From the human T2T-CHM13v2.0 reference genome, Homo sapiens, in the NCBI RefSeq assembly GCF_009914755.1, contig NC_060933.1: a stretch of 64,000 nucleotides of DNA; one strand, given 5' to 3'. The position numbers and the translations under genes were made by a program. The notes beneath the pieces are model-generated. The model saw only the letters and a program-made list of their open reading frames with translations. It was not told the origin of the DNA and searched no databases. Of the stretch, positions 1 through 14,700 are shown piece after piece; the stretch's first letter is position 1; the number at the start of each line of letters is the position of its first letter.

Positions 1-1066
1 ACCCTTTCTCCCTTGTGACTGCGGGTCTTCTATATATAACCAGAATTTTGAGAAGTTTAGAAAGAAAGTTTAAGGACTCGACCATACGTTCACATGCAGA
101 AGAAAAGGAAGTGATTTTTAGAACCCCAGCTCTTAACATCAATTCATATTTTGGAACTAATTCCATGTTTTCAGTTACAAATTTCCACCCTCCCGATTCT
201 TGAGATCTGTTAAGAATAAAGAGAATGGAACCTCATTTAAACAAATTCTTGGGACTGAAAACAGTCAAAATAGTTCATGTCTGAGTTGTACAGCATTAAA
301 CAGTTGTTTGCATGGGCTGATAATCTCACTACATTTTACAATTACTGTTTAATGACTAAAAAGTGGACTCATCATTCACATTGGTTTACATGTTACTTAA
401 AATTAGTTGGGAGGTAGGAATTCATGGTTCCATAAAGCAAATACTACTATTTCCTCATGTTCTATTTGAAAGACGCACATATTATTTTTTCTAGGTACAC
501 AGAACCCTCGTTAAAACCTAGAATTACCTAAACACAAAAACAAAATTACAGAAATCATGCATTTTAAAAGTAAAATGTGTATAACTAAATGATTAGGATA
601 CTCTGACTCTTGCAATTGTTTACTTCTCATTAATGTGAACTTTAAAGCAGTGATAAAATTTTTTTTTAACCTCAAAGCTGTTTTTGTCCAGTAAGTTAAG
701 TATCACTCTTAAGTAAAATAGTGAAGCGGGAACGCTCTGTTAGGGTATTCACACTGTCCTCCACACATACCTTTTATCTAGTATTCGAGGTCTCCTCTCA
801 TCAGACATTTGTAATATATAACGCATTTACAGGGTTCTCTCCCCTCAGAGAAGAGTCTGTGGACTCTGAAGAGTCCACAGAACCTCAGCTCACAGAAAGA
901 AAAATGCAGGGATCAGTCTTACTTCAGCACCTGGCAACCAAAACGTGTGTCTGACTAGACATTCCTCCTTTCTTTCGACAAAGCCCAGGAATCTGAAGCC
1001 CAACGTACCCAAGCAAACATCCTCTACTCCTCTTTAGTCATCAGCTCTATTTCATGACTCTTGGAC

Positions 1067-1260
1067 AATATTAGCTTACATTATTGAACCCTGTGCCACT
1101 AAGCACTTTATATTCATTGTCTCCTTTAATCTCACAACAAGCCTATCAGCTAGGTATTAACCTTATTTTTCAGATGAGGAAACTGCCTCTTAGTTTAAGA
1201 AAGTTGTTAAACAAAGTTAAAATCTAGGTCTGTCATACTTCAAAAACTCCAGGTGCCTAA
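1067..1260 (-). mobile_element. MIR SINE fragment
   Basis: MIR-like motifs 'ttattgaac...aagcactttata...tttaatctcacaacaa...ttttcagatgaggaaact'. Confidence 0.7.
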
Positions 1261-1482
1261 TTCCAAGTCATCTGGCAGAATTTCTAATTCCTCATACATA
1301 AAAGTGTAGGGAATTGCTAGAAATGTTGATAAAGGGTTTCTTAATTAAGATTATATAAAAGAGAAAGGTGTGGGTGAGTAGAAGGAACCTCAACTCTAGG
1401 TTATGAAGAGGTCAAGATGATAGCAACTTAACTATAATGAAAGTAGGATCGGGTCCTTGATCTTAAAAAAGAAACTCTATTA

Positions 1483-1877
<395 letters not shown>

Positions 1878-2159
1878 CTAGAGAAAACCTCTATTAATAC
1901 TTTGAGGTGGGATTTTTCTATTCATTCTTCTATACTTTATTTATCTTAAATATACTAAAAATTGTGATCATACTATACATAATGTCCTTAATTTTCCTTT
2001 TTCCCCCATTAGTAATAATTACATGGAATGGACAGAATTGCATATCTAAAATCTCAACTTTATATTCTTGTCAACAATAGCCTAAATAGCCTGCCAATAT
2101 GAATGAGTAGGGAATGGATTGGGAAAATTCTAAAGTAAAAGAAGTTCCAGACACAATAG

Positions 2160-2198
2160 AGGTACAAACAACAACAGCAATAACAGCTACAATTTATT
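2160..2198 (-). terminator. RANBP6: Candidate RANBP6 poly(A) signal AATAAA (2198-2193) with GU-rich downstream element
   Basis: Plus-strand tttatt at 2193-2198; minus strand continues gtagctgttattgctgttgttgtttgt. Confidence 0.65.
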
Positions 2199-2265
2199 GA
2201 GCACTTACTAGGTCTTAAATATTTGCTAAATACATACACAGTACTCACAATAGCCCCAGGAAATT
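2165..2265 (-). mobile_element. MIR fragment carrying the likely RANBP6 poly(A) signal
   Basis: 'aataacagctacaatttattgagcacttacta...tgctaaatacatac...ctcacaatagccc' matches the MIR end. Confidence 0.7.
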
Positions 2266-3427
2266 ATAGATGTATTTAAGTTTTGGATCAATGAGTAATC
2301 GTTAGCTGAGTAGAAAGCTCTTTTCTACCCTACAATAAGCTCGACATTAAAGACTGACATTCCAATTAATATAATTAACCCTGGACTTATAGAACTGTTT
2401 TCTCATAATAATGCACATCTACTGCTAAATGACTACTCTCAAAGTTGTTTTCTTTTTCATGTTCAAAGAAAATTACATTTCTTTCCTTTCACTTTTCCAA
2501 TAGAATACTCTTCAGTTCTACTCTAGAATCTCTTAGGAAATTATTTGAAATAGAAATCAATTTAAGCCCTATAACTAGAGCTTTTTCTCTTGTTGAGCTG
2601 CTTTGCAGGGAGAAAATGGCATACATATACAAAATAATACTCTGCTGAAACACATAACACTGACTCCCAAGAATACTGCTTACTTACTCTTTGTCAAACA
2701 CTGTTACATGCTACCAATATTAGATGTATCAGGACTCCCTTTTCAGTAACTATGGTTCTTGGAGTCCTGGATAACTTAAAAAAATAGAGACCTGTCTGGC
2801 TAAAGAAATTTAAAAGTTCTCTAACTCTCAACCAGACACCTTGGGAACTACAATATGGATATGTCCTACCCAGTTCCCAGGAGTACATTATGAAGAAGTT
2901 CATATACATCCCACATCCACTGCAGTATCTCAAAACTCTCCTAGTAACAGCATCCTCCCATCACCACAAATACCAAGAGTATTAATTAAAGAGGGACAAG
3001 CCTGCCACTATATCCTTCACTCACAATTCCAAAGATGTTTGTCCTGGAAATTCTATCTTATTTTTGTGAGCTCTTAGCATATTGTGATAGCATGACATCT
3101 TCACATCAAGTATACTGCTTGGCTAGCATCAATAATAGTTCAAACAAATAGCAACAATTTATATACTTTACATCAACTAGGGGAAAGGTGACAAACATTG
3201 TTTAAGACAGTTTGAAGCACAGGTTATCACCAAGGTCTGTGTTTGGAAGATAAAACATGCGAGATAAACAGAGGACTAACACTGATTAATTCTGGAGAAA
3301 CATGGAGAAGAACTATAAACTGCTTAGCAGGGAGAAAACAGTTCTCTGATTTATAATAAAATCTATTCACAACACTTATTTGTAGTTACTTTTATAATAG
3401 ATAATATTCAAGTTATATTAAAGTGCT

Positions 3428-6400
3428 TCAAGCAAAATTTAGCAACTCCTGTAAGGCTTCCTGCTGTTCATCATCAAGTTGTGATACACATTCCAACCAT
3501 AAATCTTCAGAAGTCTGTACCTGACGCACGACATTAGCTAGGCGTTTGGCACAAGGATCCTCATAGTTAATAGTCTCATTAATTTTTCCTTCTGCAATTA
3601 TACTGATTATTTTGGGAAGATTGGAATTATTTGGACCAATTACAACTGGGTGGTTACTTTCAATTAGGTCACAGAGAAAACTCAAAGTCTGAATAGCTTC
3701 CTCTTTATCTTCATGCAGTGGAAGCCATGATAACCAGTGTGGAAGAACTTCATCTACATTTACACAGTTAGGCTTAAACTTCAAAATCTTCCCTATTGCT
3801 GAGATACAGTTCTCTGTAGCAATGACATTTTTTTTGGTTTTGGAATTTGCACACTTAATAACTTTTACCAGAAGTGGAACAGCTTCTGAACATAAAGAAC
3901 GATAATCATCTCCACCAAACTGTGCCATGACACCCAGGCCATAAGCAGCAGCTTGCCTGACTTCAGGGTTGTTATCTCGCATATTTAGTAGCATTGGCCA
4001 CCGAAAATATTCTACATATTTAAATGAAGTTGGACTGCAGTGCTCTATGATGTCATCAAATATGCACAATCCCCACTGTCTGTCTGGCCATGGCCTACTT
4101 GAACAAATTAGATTTACAATTAATGGAAGTAGTTGTTCAAACCATGGTAAAATCTTTTCCTTATAAGTACTAAATAATGAGTGCAAAATATCTGATACTT
4201 TGGTCAGAATATAAACATCACATTCATCCTCATCTTGCAGAGACATCTCAACCTGTTGATCATAGTTTTCTTCCTGTCTTTTCACCTGTCTCAATTCTTG
4301 GTTTTTAAAGTGCCCTTCAAGTTTTGCTTTCAGTATTCCTCCCAGTTCTTCCAAGTGTTCATCATTAAGGCAACCATCTCCCATAACTTCAATGGACTTT
4401 GCAAAAGAATTCATTATTTCTGAGAGCACATCTGTATCTGGTTCAGTACCAATAGCCTTGATTAAGGGGTCACATATGAATTGCCACATCTGTGCAAGAT
4501 ACTCTGGGCCACGAATTCTTGCACATTCCAGGAGAAAAGGCATGGACTCTGCTGCTGCCACTCGAACATTGTCATGGAAATAAAATTTCAGTAAAGGAAC
4601 CATCAGCTTCACAACTTGTTCTGTATATTCCACAAACCCTTCCCTTAACTCCTTAGCATAGTAAACCAACATTTGGCAAGCAGTTGCTTTTGCTTCAAGT
4701 CCTGAAGTTTTAATTCCAAAACTCTGCTGGTCTCCAAGATTTACAAATTGCCAGCCATCATCGTCACTCATATTTTCCACATCCTGTGTGTCTAAGAGAG
4801 CAACATCAGGTTTAGCTGAAGCAGTCTTAATAAGAGGCTCGATAACCAGTGGAAGGTACTGTTGAAAATCTTTTCCAAGAATTTTACACATTCTAGCCCA
4901 TGCTGAAACCATGTAAGAGGTCTGAGGGTCATCATCTTCCATATTATTTAAGTCTGATTGTGTCTTCAACAACAGCTGCATCACATTTGATGCATCTTGC
5001 ATAAATTTTTCCTTCCCAACAGCAAGACCAATATGGCTAATGCACTCGATAGTTTTTCCTCTCAGAAGCTTGAGTTCCTTCTGAACAGCAAGCTCAACAA
5101 TGTGCTTTAGTGAGGGCATGAATATATCATAATATGGGACAAATTTTTCTTCTATTGTATCTGCAACTGATGCAATGGTTGTCACAAGTTGTTCCAAAGC
5201 CAACTTAGTTCCATTCCGAATCAACTCTTGAAGTTTAATCACCAAGACGGAATGTAGATTTTTCACCATACTATCCACATATAGAACTAGCAATGATTTA
5301 GGGCAGTCTTCAATAAAAATAATAAGAGCAGAAGCTGCATGTGATTGCACACGCTGATTACCTTGATTTTCCATGGTACGTAACAGAGCTGCAATCACTG
5401 TTTCATGAAATTTCTTTTGGAAATTAGGTGCAAAATCTGTAGCCATCTGTCCAAGTGTAGTACAGGCTGCAGCCCTCACCCTTGGATGAGGATCCTGAAG
5501 AAAAAGCAAAACGGAGTTAACTGTTTCATCTAGAATTGATTCCATTTGTTGATGGCATCCTTCTCCAATGGCAGATAAGGCCATTAATCCAGCATGTCGA
5601 TACTTCCAGTCAGGGCTCTGAAGCATCTGCATGATATGCTCCTTGGTCATTGGTAAAACAACTTTTCCACCAAGCCCACAAGCCAGTCTGTCTAGTGCAC
5701 TCTCCGCAGCAACTGCATTGCTGTCAAAATCATCTTCTTCCATTTCATCAGCATTTACCCAGTCCTCATCATCTTGTAGATCAACCATCATTGCTAATAT
5801 ATGAGGAACTGCCTGTGCAATAATATTTGTATGTTTTTTCAACATCGGAGTGGCAGTTTCAGACAAGGTCACTATAACTTCGAGGGCCAGCTGGCGCTGC
5901 AGATTACTAAGCCTAGAGTCTCCACATAACTTCAAACTCAACTGTAGAGTATCTTCTAAATAAGGACCCAAGTACTTAGGTACGGTATCTGCAATCTCAA
6001 CAAGGGATTCTAGCACTGAATCATCATCCTGGTAGCATGAGTCATTCACAGCCTGTAAGATTCCAGGAAGCAAGTCTGCAAAGTCTTTGAAAAGAGCAAT
6101 ATTATTCTCATTAGCAAGTACAAATGCAGCTGCAGCTCTAGCGGATAATGTCCTGATTGCTGGATGTTCTTGATCTTGAATACACTGGTCCAACAACCGT
6201 TTGATGATATCCAAATCATGCCGCTCTTGGGTCCCAAAAATCCCAGGAAAGTGCCAGAAAACGTGAAGTGCAACTTCCCATAGAACCACATTTTTGGAGT
6301 AGATTGAATCAATAAGAAACTTCAGACCTTCCGGCCAGTGGTTAGTGCCATCCTCATCTATCAAATTCCTGGCCAGCACTGCAAAAATATCACAAAGTTT

Positions 6401-6745
6401 TTTCCTCATGCTAGCATGTGTTTCTAACTTAACAGCCAGAATCAGTTCAATCTTGACATCTCTCTGAACATCAGCAGGCAGATTTGGATAAACCTCCTCA
6501 AACCCAGAGGACAAAAGCCGTCGTAGCAGTGCGGCAGCCATTTGTCTCACCTCATAACCTGCTCTTCTATTTCTGACGGCATCTAAGAGGAAGGTAGTCT
6601 TACACAGACCTGGGATATTTTCATAGATTTCCTCTGCTTGCCTCCGCACCATACAGCTTGGATTGATCAGGTTCTTCAGAAGCTGGTAAAACTCTTGCTT
6701 TTCTGACACGGTCGCCGGCACCCCTGCAGACGCGGTTGCCGCCAT
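3428..6745 (-). CDS. RANBP6: Ran-binding protein 6, importin-beta/HEAT-repeat family, intronless retrogene related to IPO5
   Basis: Uninterrupted 1105-aa ORF starting [20 protein letters not shown], with IPO5-like motifs ([25 protein letters not shown], acidic loop [28 protein letters not shown]); ATG context gcaATGg. Confidence 0.97.
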   Translation of the reverse strand: MAATASAGVPATVSEKQEFYQLLKNLINPSCMVRRQAEEIYENIPGLCKTTFLLDAVRNRRAGYEVRQMAAALLRRLLSSGFEEVYPNLPADVQRDVKIELILAVKLETHASMRKKLCDIFAVLARNLIDEDGTNHWPEGLKFLIDSIYSKNVVLWEVALHVFWHFPGIFGTQERHDLDIIKRLLDQCIQDQEHPAIRTLSARAAAAFVLANENNIALFKDFADLLPGILQAVNDSCYQDDDSVLESLVEIADTVPKYLGPYLEDTLQLSLKLCGDSRLSNLQRQLALEVIVTLSETATPMLKKHTNIIAQAVPHILAMMVDLQDDEDWVNADEMEEDDFDSNAVAAESALDRLACGLGGKVVLPMTKEHIMQMLQSPDWKYRHAGLMALSAIGEGCHQQMESILDETVNSVLLFLQDPHPRVRAAACTTLGQMATDFAPNFQKKFHETVIAALLRTMENQGNQRVQSHAASALIIFIEDCPKSLLVLYVDSMVKNLHSVLVIKLQELIRNGTKLALEQLVTTIASVADTIEEKFVPYYDIFMPSLKHIVELAVQKELKLLRGKTIECISHIGLAVGKEKFMQDASNVMQLLLKTQSDLNNMEDDDPQTSYMVSAWARMCKILGKDFQQYLPLVIEPLIKTASAKPDVALLDTQDVENMSDDDGWQFVNLGDQQSFGIKTSGLEAKATACQMLVYYAKELREGFVEYTEQVVKLMVPLLKFYFHDNVRVAAAESMPFLLECARIRGPEYLAQMWQFICDPLIKAIGTEPDTDVLSEIMNSFAKSIEVMGDGCLNDEHLEELGGILKAKLEGHFKNQELRQVKRQEENYDQQVEMSLQDEDECDVYILTKVSDILHSLFSTYKEKILPWFEQLLPLIVNLICSSRPWPDRQWGLCIFDDIIEHCSPTSFKYVEYFRWPMLLNMRDNNPEVRQAAAYGLGVMAQFGGDDYRSLCSEAVPLLVKVIKCANSKTKKNVIATENCISAIGKILKFKPNCVNVDEVLPHWLSWLPLHEDKEEAIQTLSFLCDLIESNHPVVIGPNNSNLPKIISIIAEGKINETINYEDPCAKRLANVVRQVQTSEDLWLECVSQLDDEQQEALQELLNFA

Positions 6746-6940
6746 TGCGCTCTGTCAAAGCTACCGCGACCGGGAAGGAGGGAGGGGGTCTGCGGCTCGA
6801 AGCAGTGACGTAGGCGAGGCGCCGGCGGGGATGGGCGGGGTGCTTCTCCCTCCTCTGCCCAGAAACTCTAGCTGCGCTCTGGCAGGCTGCGAGCTAGGTT
6901 TTGGAGAGAGGTGAGAGCCGTGTGGAGGCCAATGGCATCC
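6640..6940 (-). promoter_or_regulatory. RANBP6: CpG-rich TATA-less RANBP6 promoter
   Basis: High CpG density; CRE-like TGACGTA at 6806-6812, GC box GGGCGGGG at 6833-6840, CCAAT at 6929-6933. Confidence 0.8.
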
Positions 6941-7017
6941 TCCATTTGTTTTTCAATAAGATAAACGTGCACTTGCAGGCGAGAGAAGAAAAGCATTGAT
7001 TAGAATGGGATCATGAC

Positions 7018-7311
7018 TTTTTTTTTTTTTGGATACAAGGTCTGGCTGTGTCACCTAGGCTGGAGTATAGCGGCGCGATCCCTGCTCACTGCAGCCTCAA
7101 CCTCCTGGGCTCAAGCGATCCTCCCCGCCTCAGTTCCCCCAGTAGCTGGGACCACAGGCGCGCGCCACCACGCCCGGCTAATTGTGTTTTTTATAGAGAC
7201 AGGGTTTCGCCATGTTGCCCAGGCTGGTCTCGAACTCCTGGGCTCAGGTGATCTGCCCGCCTCGGCCTCCCGAAGTACTGGGAATACAGGTGTGAGCCAC
7301 TGCTTCTGGTC
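7018..7311 (-). mobile_element. AluJ
   Basis: Poly-T followed by AluJ-type 'gcagcctcaacctcctgggctcaagcgatcctcc'; unusually CpG-retaining next to the island. Confidence 0.9.
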
Positions 7312-7384
7312 AGATTATGAGTGATTTTTTTCTTTTATTTCTAAACTATATTGTTACTTTGATAATTTTAAAACAATAAGTCTA

Positions 7385-7690
7385 TCTTGAAAACATGCCA
7401 AGTGAAAGAAACCAGTCACAACCACATATTGTATGATTCCATTTGTATGAAAGGTACCAAACAGGCAAATTGTATAACAGAAATTAGTGGTTGCCAGAGG
7501 TTGGGGGGAGGGGAGGATAGAGAATGACTGCTATCAAATAGGGTGTTTCTTTCTGAGTGATGAAATGTTCTAAAATTAATTGTGATGGTTGCACAATTCT
7601 GTGATTATACTAAAAACCATTGAGTTGTTAAATTTAAATTGGTGAATTGTATGGCATATAAATAATACTACAATAAAGCTTTATAAAATA
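7385..7690 (+). mobile_element. Old L1 (L1MB/ME-type) 3' end
   Basis: 'ccacatattgtatgattccatt...ttagtggttgccagagg...gatggttgcacaattctgtg...caataaagct'. Confidence 0.8.
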
Positions 7691-7985
7691 ATAAGTGTGA
7701 TAATAAAATAATAATTACTTCCCCACTACCACATCTAATGCAGTAGAGTGGTAGCTCAAAATCTGGTGTGTGTCAGAATCACCTGGCCTGTTGGTTATAA
7801 TAAAGAATGGGAAAGACAACTGAGTAAAGTATGGTAGAAAGTGATCTGAACTAATAATCAGAAGACAGACTTGCATCCTGGCCTTGTCACTAAATTAATT
7901 TTGTATCCTAGGACAAGTTACTCAAGATTTTCCTTGCATCTTGTCTAAACTGAAATATGAAGGGATGCGGTTACTAGAATCCTAA

Positions 7986-8357
<372 letters not shown>

Positions 8358-8820
8358 AGTTTGTTTCTTTAATTCAGGCAGGTGTGTCGATCAAAAACAA
8401 GTTTCATTCCTATAACAATGATTAGGTCTTACTTTTGTATTAGCACTTGCCACACTCATTTTGACCCTTATACAGAATTGAGAGATTGCTAGGATAGATA
8501 TAATACTAAATTTAGGTGAGAAGTGGAAACTAAGGGAAGTTACAGGATTTGCCTAGGATGACACACCTGAGTCTCAATTCTACCTCTTCTGAAAGTGACA
8601 CTGATGCTCTTTTCACCATATTGCTTCCCCATTAACTACTCTTGGTTTTGCAGCATGATCAGAGGCTTCACTTACTGCAAATTCTGTCTTAAACTTTTCC
8701 AAGCAGCCTTAATTTTGTTTTTGTAAAGTGCTGCCGCATATACCCACAAAAATTAGAAAGTCGTAGCTTTTACATTAACCAGATGATAGACAAAGTAGGT
8801 AGTCTCATAAATTACATTGT

Positions 8821-9129
<309 letters not shown>

Positions 9130-9174
9130 CTATTTTCTAAAATAGAATTTCTCATTCTGTAGACTGAAAACCAA

Positions 9175-9332
9175 CTGCATTAGAATTGCTTGGGATACCT
9201 ATTTTAAAATATAGATGTTAGGGCCCAAGTTCCTATTAACCCAGAATTCTGGGGGGACTGAGGACTAAGAATGTACAATTTCAACCAGCACATTGGGTTT
9301 TTATATAAATACCAACATTTGAGAATCGCTGA
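9175..9332. mobile_element. MER5-like hAT MITE
   Basis: 'ctgcattagaattgcttggg...tttgagaatcgctg' resembles MER5A/B. Confidence 0.55.
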
Positions 9333-9353
9333 TAAGATCAATTCTGGTTCTAA

Positions 9354-9696
<343 letters not shown>

Positions 9697-9980
9697 CATT
9701 CATTGGTTTTCTTACTGTTCCTTCAAAAAGTCTAACTGGAGGGACTTTGCATTTGCCGTTTCAGGAAATGTTAATAATAATTAATTAATTACTTAATACT
9801 ATATCCACTAGCATATGAAAGACATTGAAAAAAACCACAGTGATACACCACCACAGACCTACCACAATGCTTTAAAAGTCTGACAAAGCCAAGGGTTGCT
9901 GAGGATGTGGAACAACAGGAAACTCAGTTATATTTTTGTTGAGAGTATAGGTAAATTGGTACAACCTCTTTGAAAAAAAT

Positions 9981-10314
9981 GAGCTGGGCGCAGTGGCTCA
10001 TGCCTGTAATTCCAGCACTTTGGGAGGCTATTGGGAGGCTAAGTTGGGCAGATCACCTGAGGTCAGGAGTTCGAGACCAGCCTGGCCAACATGGTGAAAC
10101 CTCGTCTCTACTAAAAATACAAAAAATTTAGCTGGACTTGGTGGTGTGCGCATGTAGTCCCAGCTACTCAGGGAGGCTGAGGCAGGAAAATTGCTTGAAC
10201 CCAGGAGGCGGAGGTTGCAGTAAGCCAAGATCACACCACTGCACTCCAGCCTGGGTGACAGAGGGAGACTCCATCTCAAAAAAAAAAAAAAAAGAAAAAA
10301 GAAAAAGAAAAAAA
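9981..10314 (+). mobile_element. AluSx-like with internal 11-bp tandem duplication
   Basis: Alu body; ttgggaggcta repeated at ~10020-10041. Confidence 0.95.
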
Positions 10315-10336
10315 TGTTTGAAAAATTCTGGGTTAA

Positions 10337-11157
<821 letters not shown>

Positions 11158-11606
11158 TGTCAGGCCTCTAGCCCAAGCTAAGCCATCATATCCCCTGTGA
11201 CCTGTACGTATACATCCAGATAGTCTGAAGTAACTGAAGAATCACAAAAGAAGTGAAAATGGCCTGTTCCTGCCTTAACTGATGACATTCCAACACAAAA
11301 GAAGTGAAAATGGCCTGTTCCTGCCTTAACTGATGACATTACCTTGTGAAATTCCTTCTCCTGGCTCATCCTGGCTCAAAAGCTCCCCCACTGAGCACCT
11401 TGTGACCCCCACCCCTGTCAGCCAGAGAACAAACCCCCTTTGACTGTAATTTTCCTGTACCTACCCAAATCCTATAAAACGGCCCCACCCCATCTCCCTT
11501 CACTAACTCTTTTCGGACTCAGCCCGCCTGTGCCCAGGTGAAATAAACAGCCTTGTTGCTCACACAAAGCCTGTTTGGTGGCCTCTTCACACAGACGCAA
11601 GTGAAA
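11158..11606 (+). mobile_element. HERV-H 5' LTR (LTR7 family, type I repeats)
   Basis: Starts tgtcaggcctct; two copies of 'cacaaaagaagtgaaaatggcctgttcctgccttaactgatgacatt'; TATA 'cctataaaa', AATAAA; ends gtgaaa. Confidence 0.95.
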
Positions 11607-13339
11607 TTTGGTGCCATAACTCGGATCGGGGAACCTCCCTTGGGAGATCAATCCCCTGTCCTCCTGCTCTTTGCTCCATGAGAAAGATCCACTTATGACC
11701 TCTGGTCCTCAGACCAACCAGCCCAAGGAACATCTCACCAATTTTAAATCTGGTAAGCGGCCTCTTTTTACTGTCTTCTCCAACCTCTCTGACTATCCCT
11801 CAACCTCTTTCTCCTTTCAATCTTGGCGCCATCTTTCAATCTCTCCCTTCTCTTAATTTCAGTTCCTTCCCTTTTCTGGTGGAGACAGGAGACGTGCTTT
11901 ATCCATGAGCCCAAAACTCCCACGCCGGTCACGGACTTGGGAAGACAGTCTTCCCTTGGTGTTTAATCACATGGGGACACCTGCTTGATTATTCACCCAT
12001 GTTTCAGAGGTGTCTGACCACGCAGGGATGCCTGCCTTGGTCCTTCACCTTTAGCGGCAAGCACTGCTTTTCTGGGGGGCAAGCACCCCCCCACCCCTTC
12101 CCTCCATGTCCCTACCCCTTTTCCACTTTCCTGGGGGGCAAGCACCCCCCACTCCTTCTTTCCATGTCCCTACCCCTTCTCCACTTTCCTGGGGGGCAAG
12201 CACCCCCTACCCCTTCTCCCCTTCTCTCTGTGTCTCTACCCTCTCTTTTCTCTTCACTTTCCTTGGGGGTAAGCACCCCCCAACCCCTTCTCTCTGTGTC
12301 TCTACCCTCTCTTTTCTCTGGACTTGCCTCCTTCACTATAGGCAACCTTCCACCCTCCATTCCTCCTTCTTCTCCCTTAGCCTGTGCTCTCAAGAACTTA
12401 AAACCTCTTCAACTCTCACCTGACGTAAAATCTAGCATCTTATTTTCTTCTGCAACACTGCTTGACCCCAATACAAGCTCGATAGTGGTTCCAAATAGCC
12501 AGAAAATGGCACTTTCGATTTTTCCATCCTACAAGAGCTAGATAATTCTTGTTGTAAAATGGGCAAACGGTCTGAGGTGCCTAACGTCCAGGCATTCTTT
12601 TACACATCGGTCCCTCCCTAGTCTCTCTTCCCAATGCAACTAATCCCAAATCTTCCTTCTTTCCCTCCCACCTGTTCCCTCAGTCCCAACCCCAAGCTTC
12701 GCTGAGTCTTTCCAATCTTCCTTTTCTACGGACCCATCTGACCTCTCTCCTCCTCCCCAGGCTGCTCCTAGCCAGGCCAAGCCAGGTCCCAATTCTTCCT
12801 CAGCCTCCGCTCCCCCACCCTATAATCCTTTTATCACCTGCCCTCCTCACACCTGGTCCAGCTTACAGTTTCGTTCCGCAACTAGCCCTCCCCCACCTGC
12901 CCAGCAATTTCCTCTTAAAAAGCTGGCTGGAGCTAAAGGCTCCTTTTAACCTGCTTTCAAGGTTAATGCTCCTTTTTCTTTATCTGACCTCTCCCACATT
13001 TATATTTGATGAAAAAGAGCATATATTTTCATCAAAAATCCAGCCCAGTTTATGGCCCGTTTGGCAGCAACCCTGAGACACTGTACAGCCCTAGACCCTG
13101 AAAGGTCAGAAGGCCGTCTTATTCTCAGTATGCATTTTATTTTATTACCCAATCTCCTCCCGACATTAAATAAAGCTCTGAAAATTAAATTCTGGCCCTC
13201 AAACCCCACAAGAGGACTTAACCTCGCCATCAAGGTGTACAATAATAGAGTAGAGGCAGCCAAGTAGCAACGTATTTCTGACTTGCAATTCCTTGCCTCC
13301 ACTGTGAGACAAACCCTAGCCACATCTCCAGCACACAAA
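11607..13339 (+). mobile_element. HERV-H internal region (leader and degenerate gag), 3'-deleted
   Basis: C-rich leader with 'ggggcaagcacccc' repeats (~12065-12290); ends abruptly at 'ctccagcacacaa'; no second LTR in window. Confidence 0.9.
11609..11626 (+). other. tRNA-His primer binding site
   Basis: tggtgccataactcggat versus TGGTGCCGTGACTCGGAT (2 mismatches). Confidence 0.9.
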
Positions 13340-14384
13340 TATAACTTTCATAGGAGTGTAAAAATAAAAACTCAAGTGTGAAGACTGGAGGCATTTATGA
13401 GGCCGATAACCTACTTCAGTTAAGCTGGAAGTCTAAACCATACTAGTGGTGCAGCAAAAGAAAAGAGGGCATGGATTGGAAAGGTTTTAAGGAGTAGAAT
13501 TGATAGCACTCAATGGACCAGGAGAAGCCTAGGAAATCTCCCCAAGTTCTGGCCTGGGTATCTGGTTGGAGGTGCTGCTATTTACCTATTTATGTACCTA
13601 TATATAAAGAAAGAGCAATGTTAACGCAAATCAAAAGACTACTAACTCTTCTGGAGGAAAAAGAGACCTCAGTGAGTCCCAGGGTCCATATTTTGTTCTC
13701 TAGTTGCTCTCAAGTGCTATAGTGATGGTTATCATCTCAGCAGTAGGAGTTAAACTGCATGCACTTTAGGAAAATTACTTACGATCTTGTACTTTAGAAA
13801 AGCATAAACTGATTCAAAATCTTAAGTTGCTTCCTTTTTAGACTACATAATTCTTTTTGCATTGTCATTTTTCCCCTCCTAAGGAACACACATAATACCC
13901 AAGATTCAAGACTGGACTTGGAGATTTGGTTAGAGTTGAACAACTATATTAAAGTTTGTAATTAAAATTGGCTTTGTTTGCACTGGTGAGAGGCCATCTC
14001 AAGAATGTTCCCACAAAGTGGCTCAACACCAGACAATTCAGGTGTTTATTAGCAGCTTACCAGGTAGACAAAGTTCATTGTAAGTTGCAAATATCTTCCA
14101 GGATCTGAGAGATTTAGAGTCAAATGAGAGGGATAGTATTAAGTTGGACATAGTTGACATTTTTTAAAAGAATAATTCAGAACCAAAAAACAAAACCAGA
14201 AAACAAAAAACACCATGAAAGCTCCCACTGACCAAAGATGGGACAATGTGAATATAAAAAAGAATAATGCCTGCAATGGATTAAAAAACATCAAATATAT
14301 AAACAAAAGTGATGAGTATCTAATATGAAAAAAGGTTGCTAACTCATTGATCATCTCTGGAGATTGCTAGGTCATTGACTCTGA

Positions 14385-14700
14385 TTTTTTTATTTTTTAT
14401 TTTTATTTTTTAGAGATGGGGTCTCACTCTGTCACCCAGGCTGGAGTGCAGTGGCATGGTTCACTGCAGCCTTGACTTCCTGGGCTCAAGGGATCCTACT
14501 GCCTCAGCTTCTCCAGTAGCTGGAACTACAGGCACATACCACTATACCCAGCTAATTTATTTTTAAATTTTTTTTATTTTTAGTAGAGATGAGGTCTCAC
14601 TACGTTGAACACACTGTCTTGAACTCCTGGGCTCAAGCCATTCTCCCACCTCAACCTCCCAAGGTGCTAGGATTACAGGTATGAGCCACTGTACCCAACC
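14385..14700 (-). mobile_element. AluJ
   Basis: Alu body; short TSD actctga. Confidence 0.9.

Noticed and set aside
1-1000. Possible upstream promoter region of the neighbouring gene
   Set aside because: Rests only on recalled locus context; no exon or CpG island is visible in the window.
6046-6312. 88-aa alternate-frame ORF and antisense ORFs within RANBP6
   Set aside because: Short, no recognisable homology; expected by chance over a long CDS.
11243-11340. Two ~50-bp direct repeats, and the repeats at 12065-12290, superficially array-like
   Set aside because: Normal LTR7 type I repeats and HERV-H leader repeats; no unique spacers, not CRISPR.
11999-12541. 180-aa Pro/Ser/Leu-rich ORF
   Set aside because: Low-complexity reading of the C-rich HERV-H leader.
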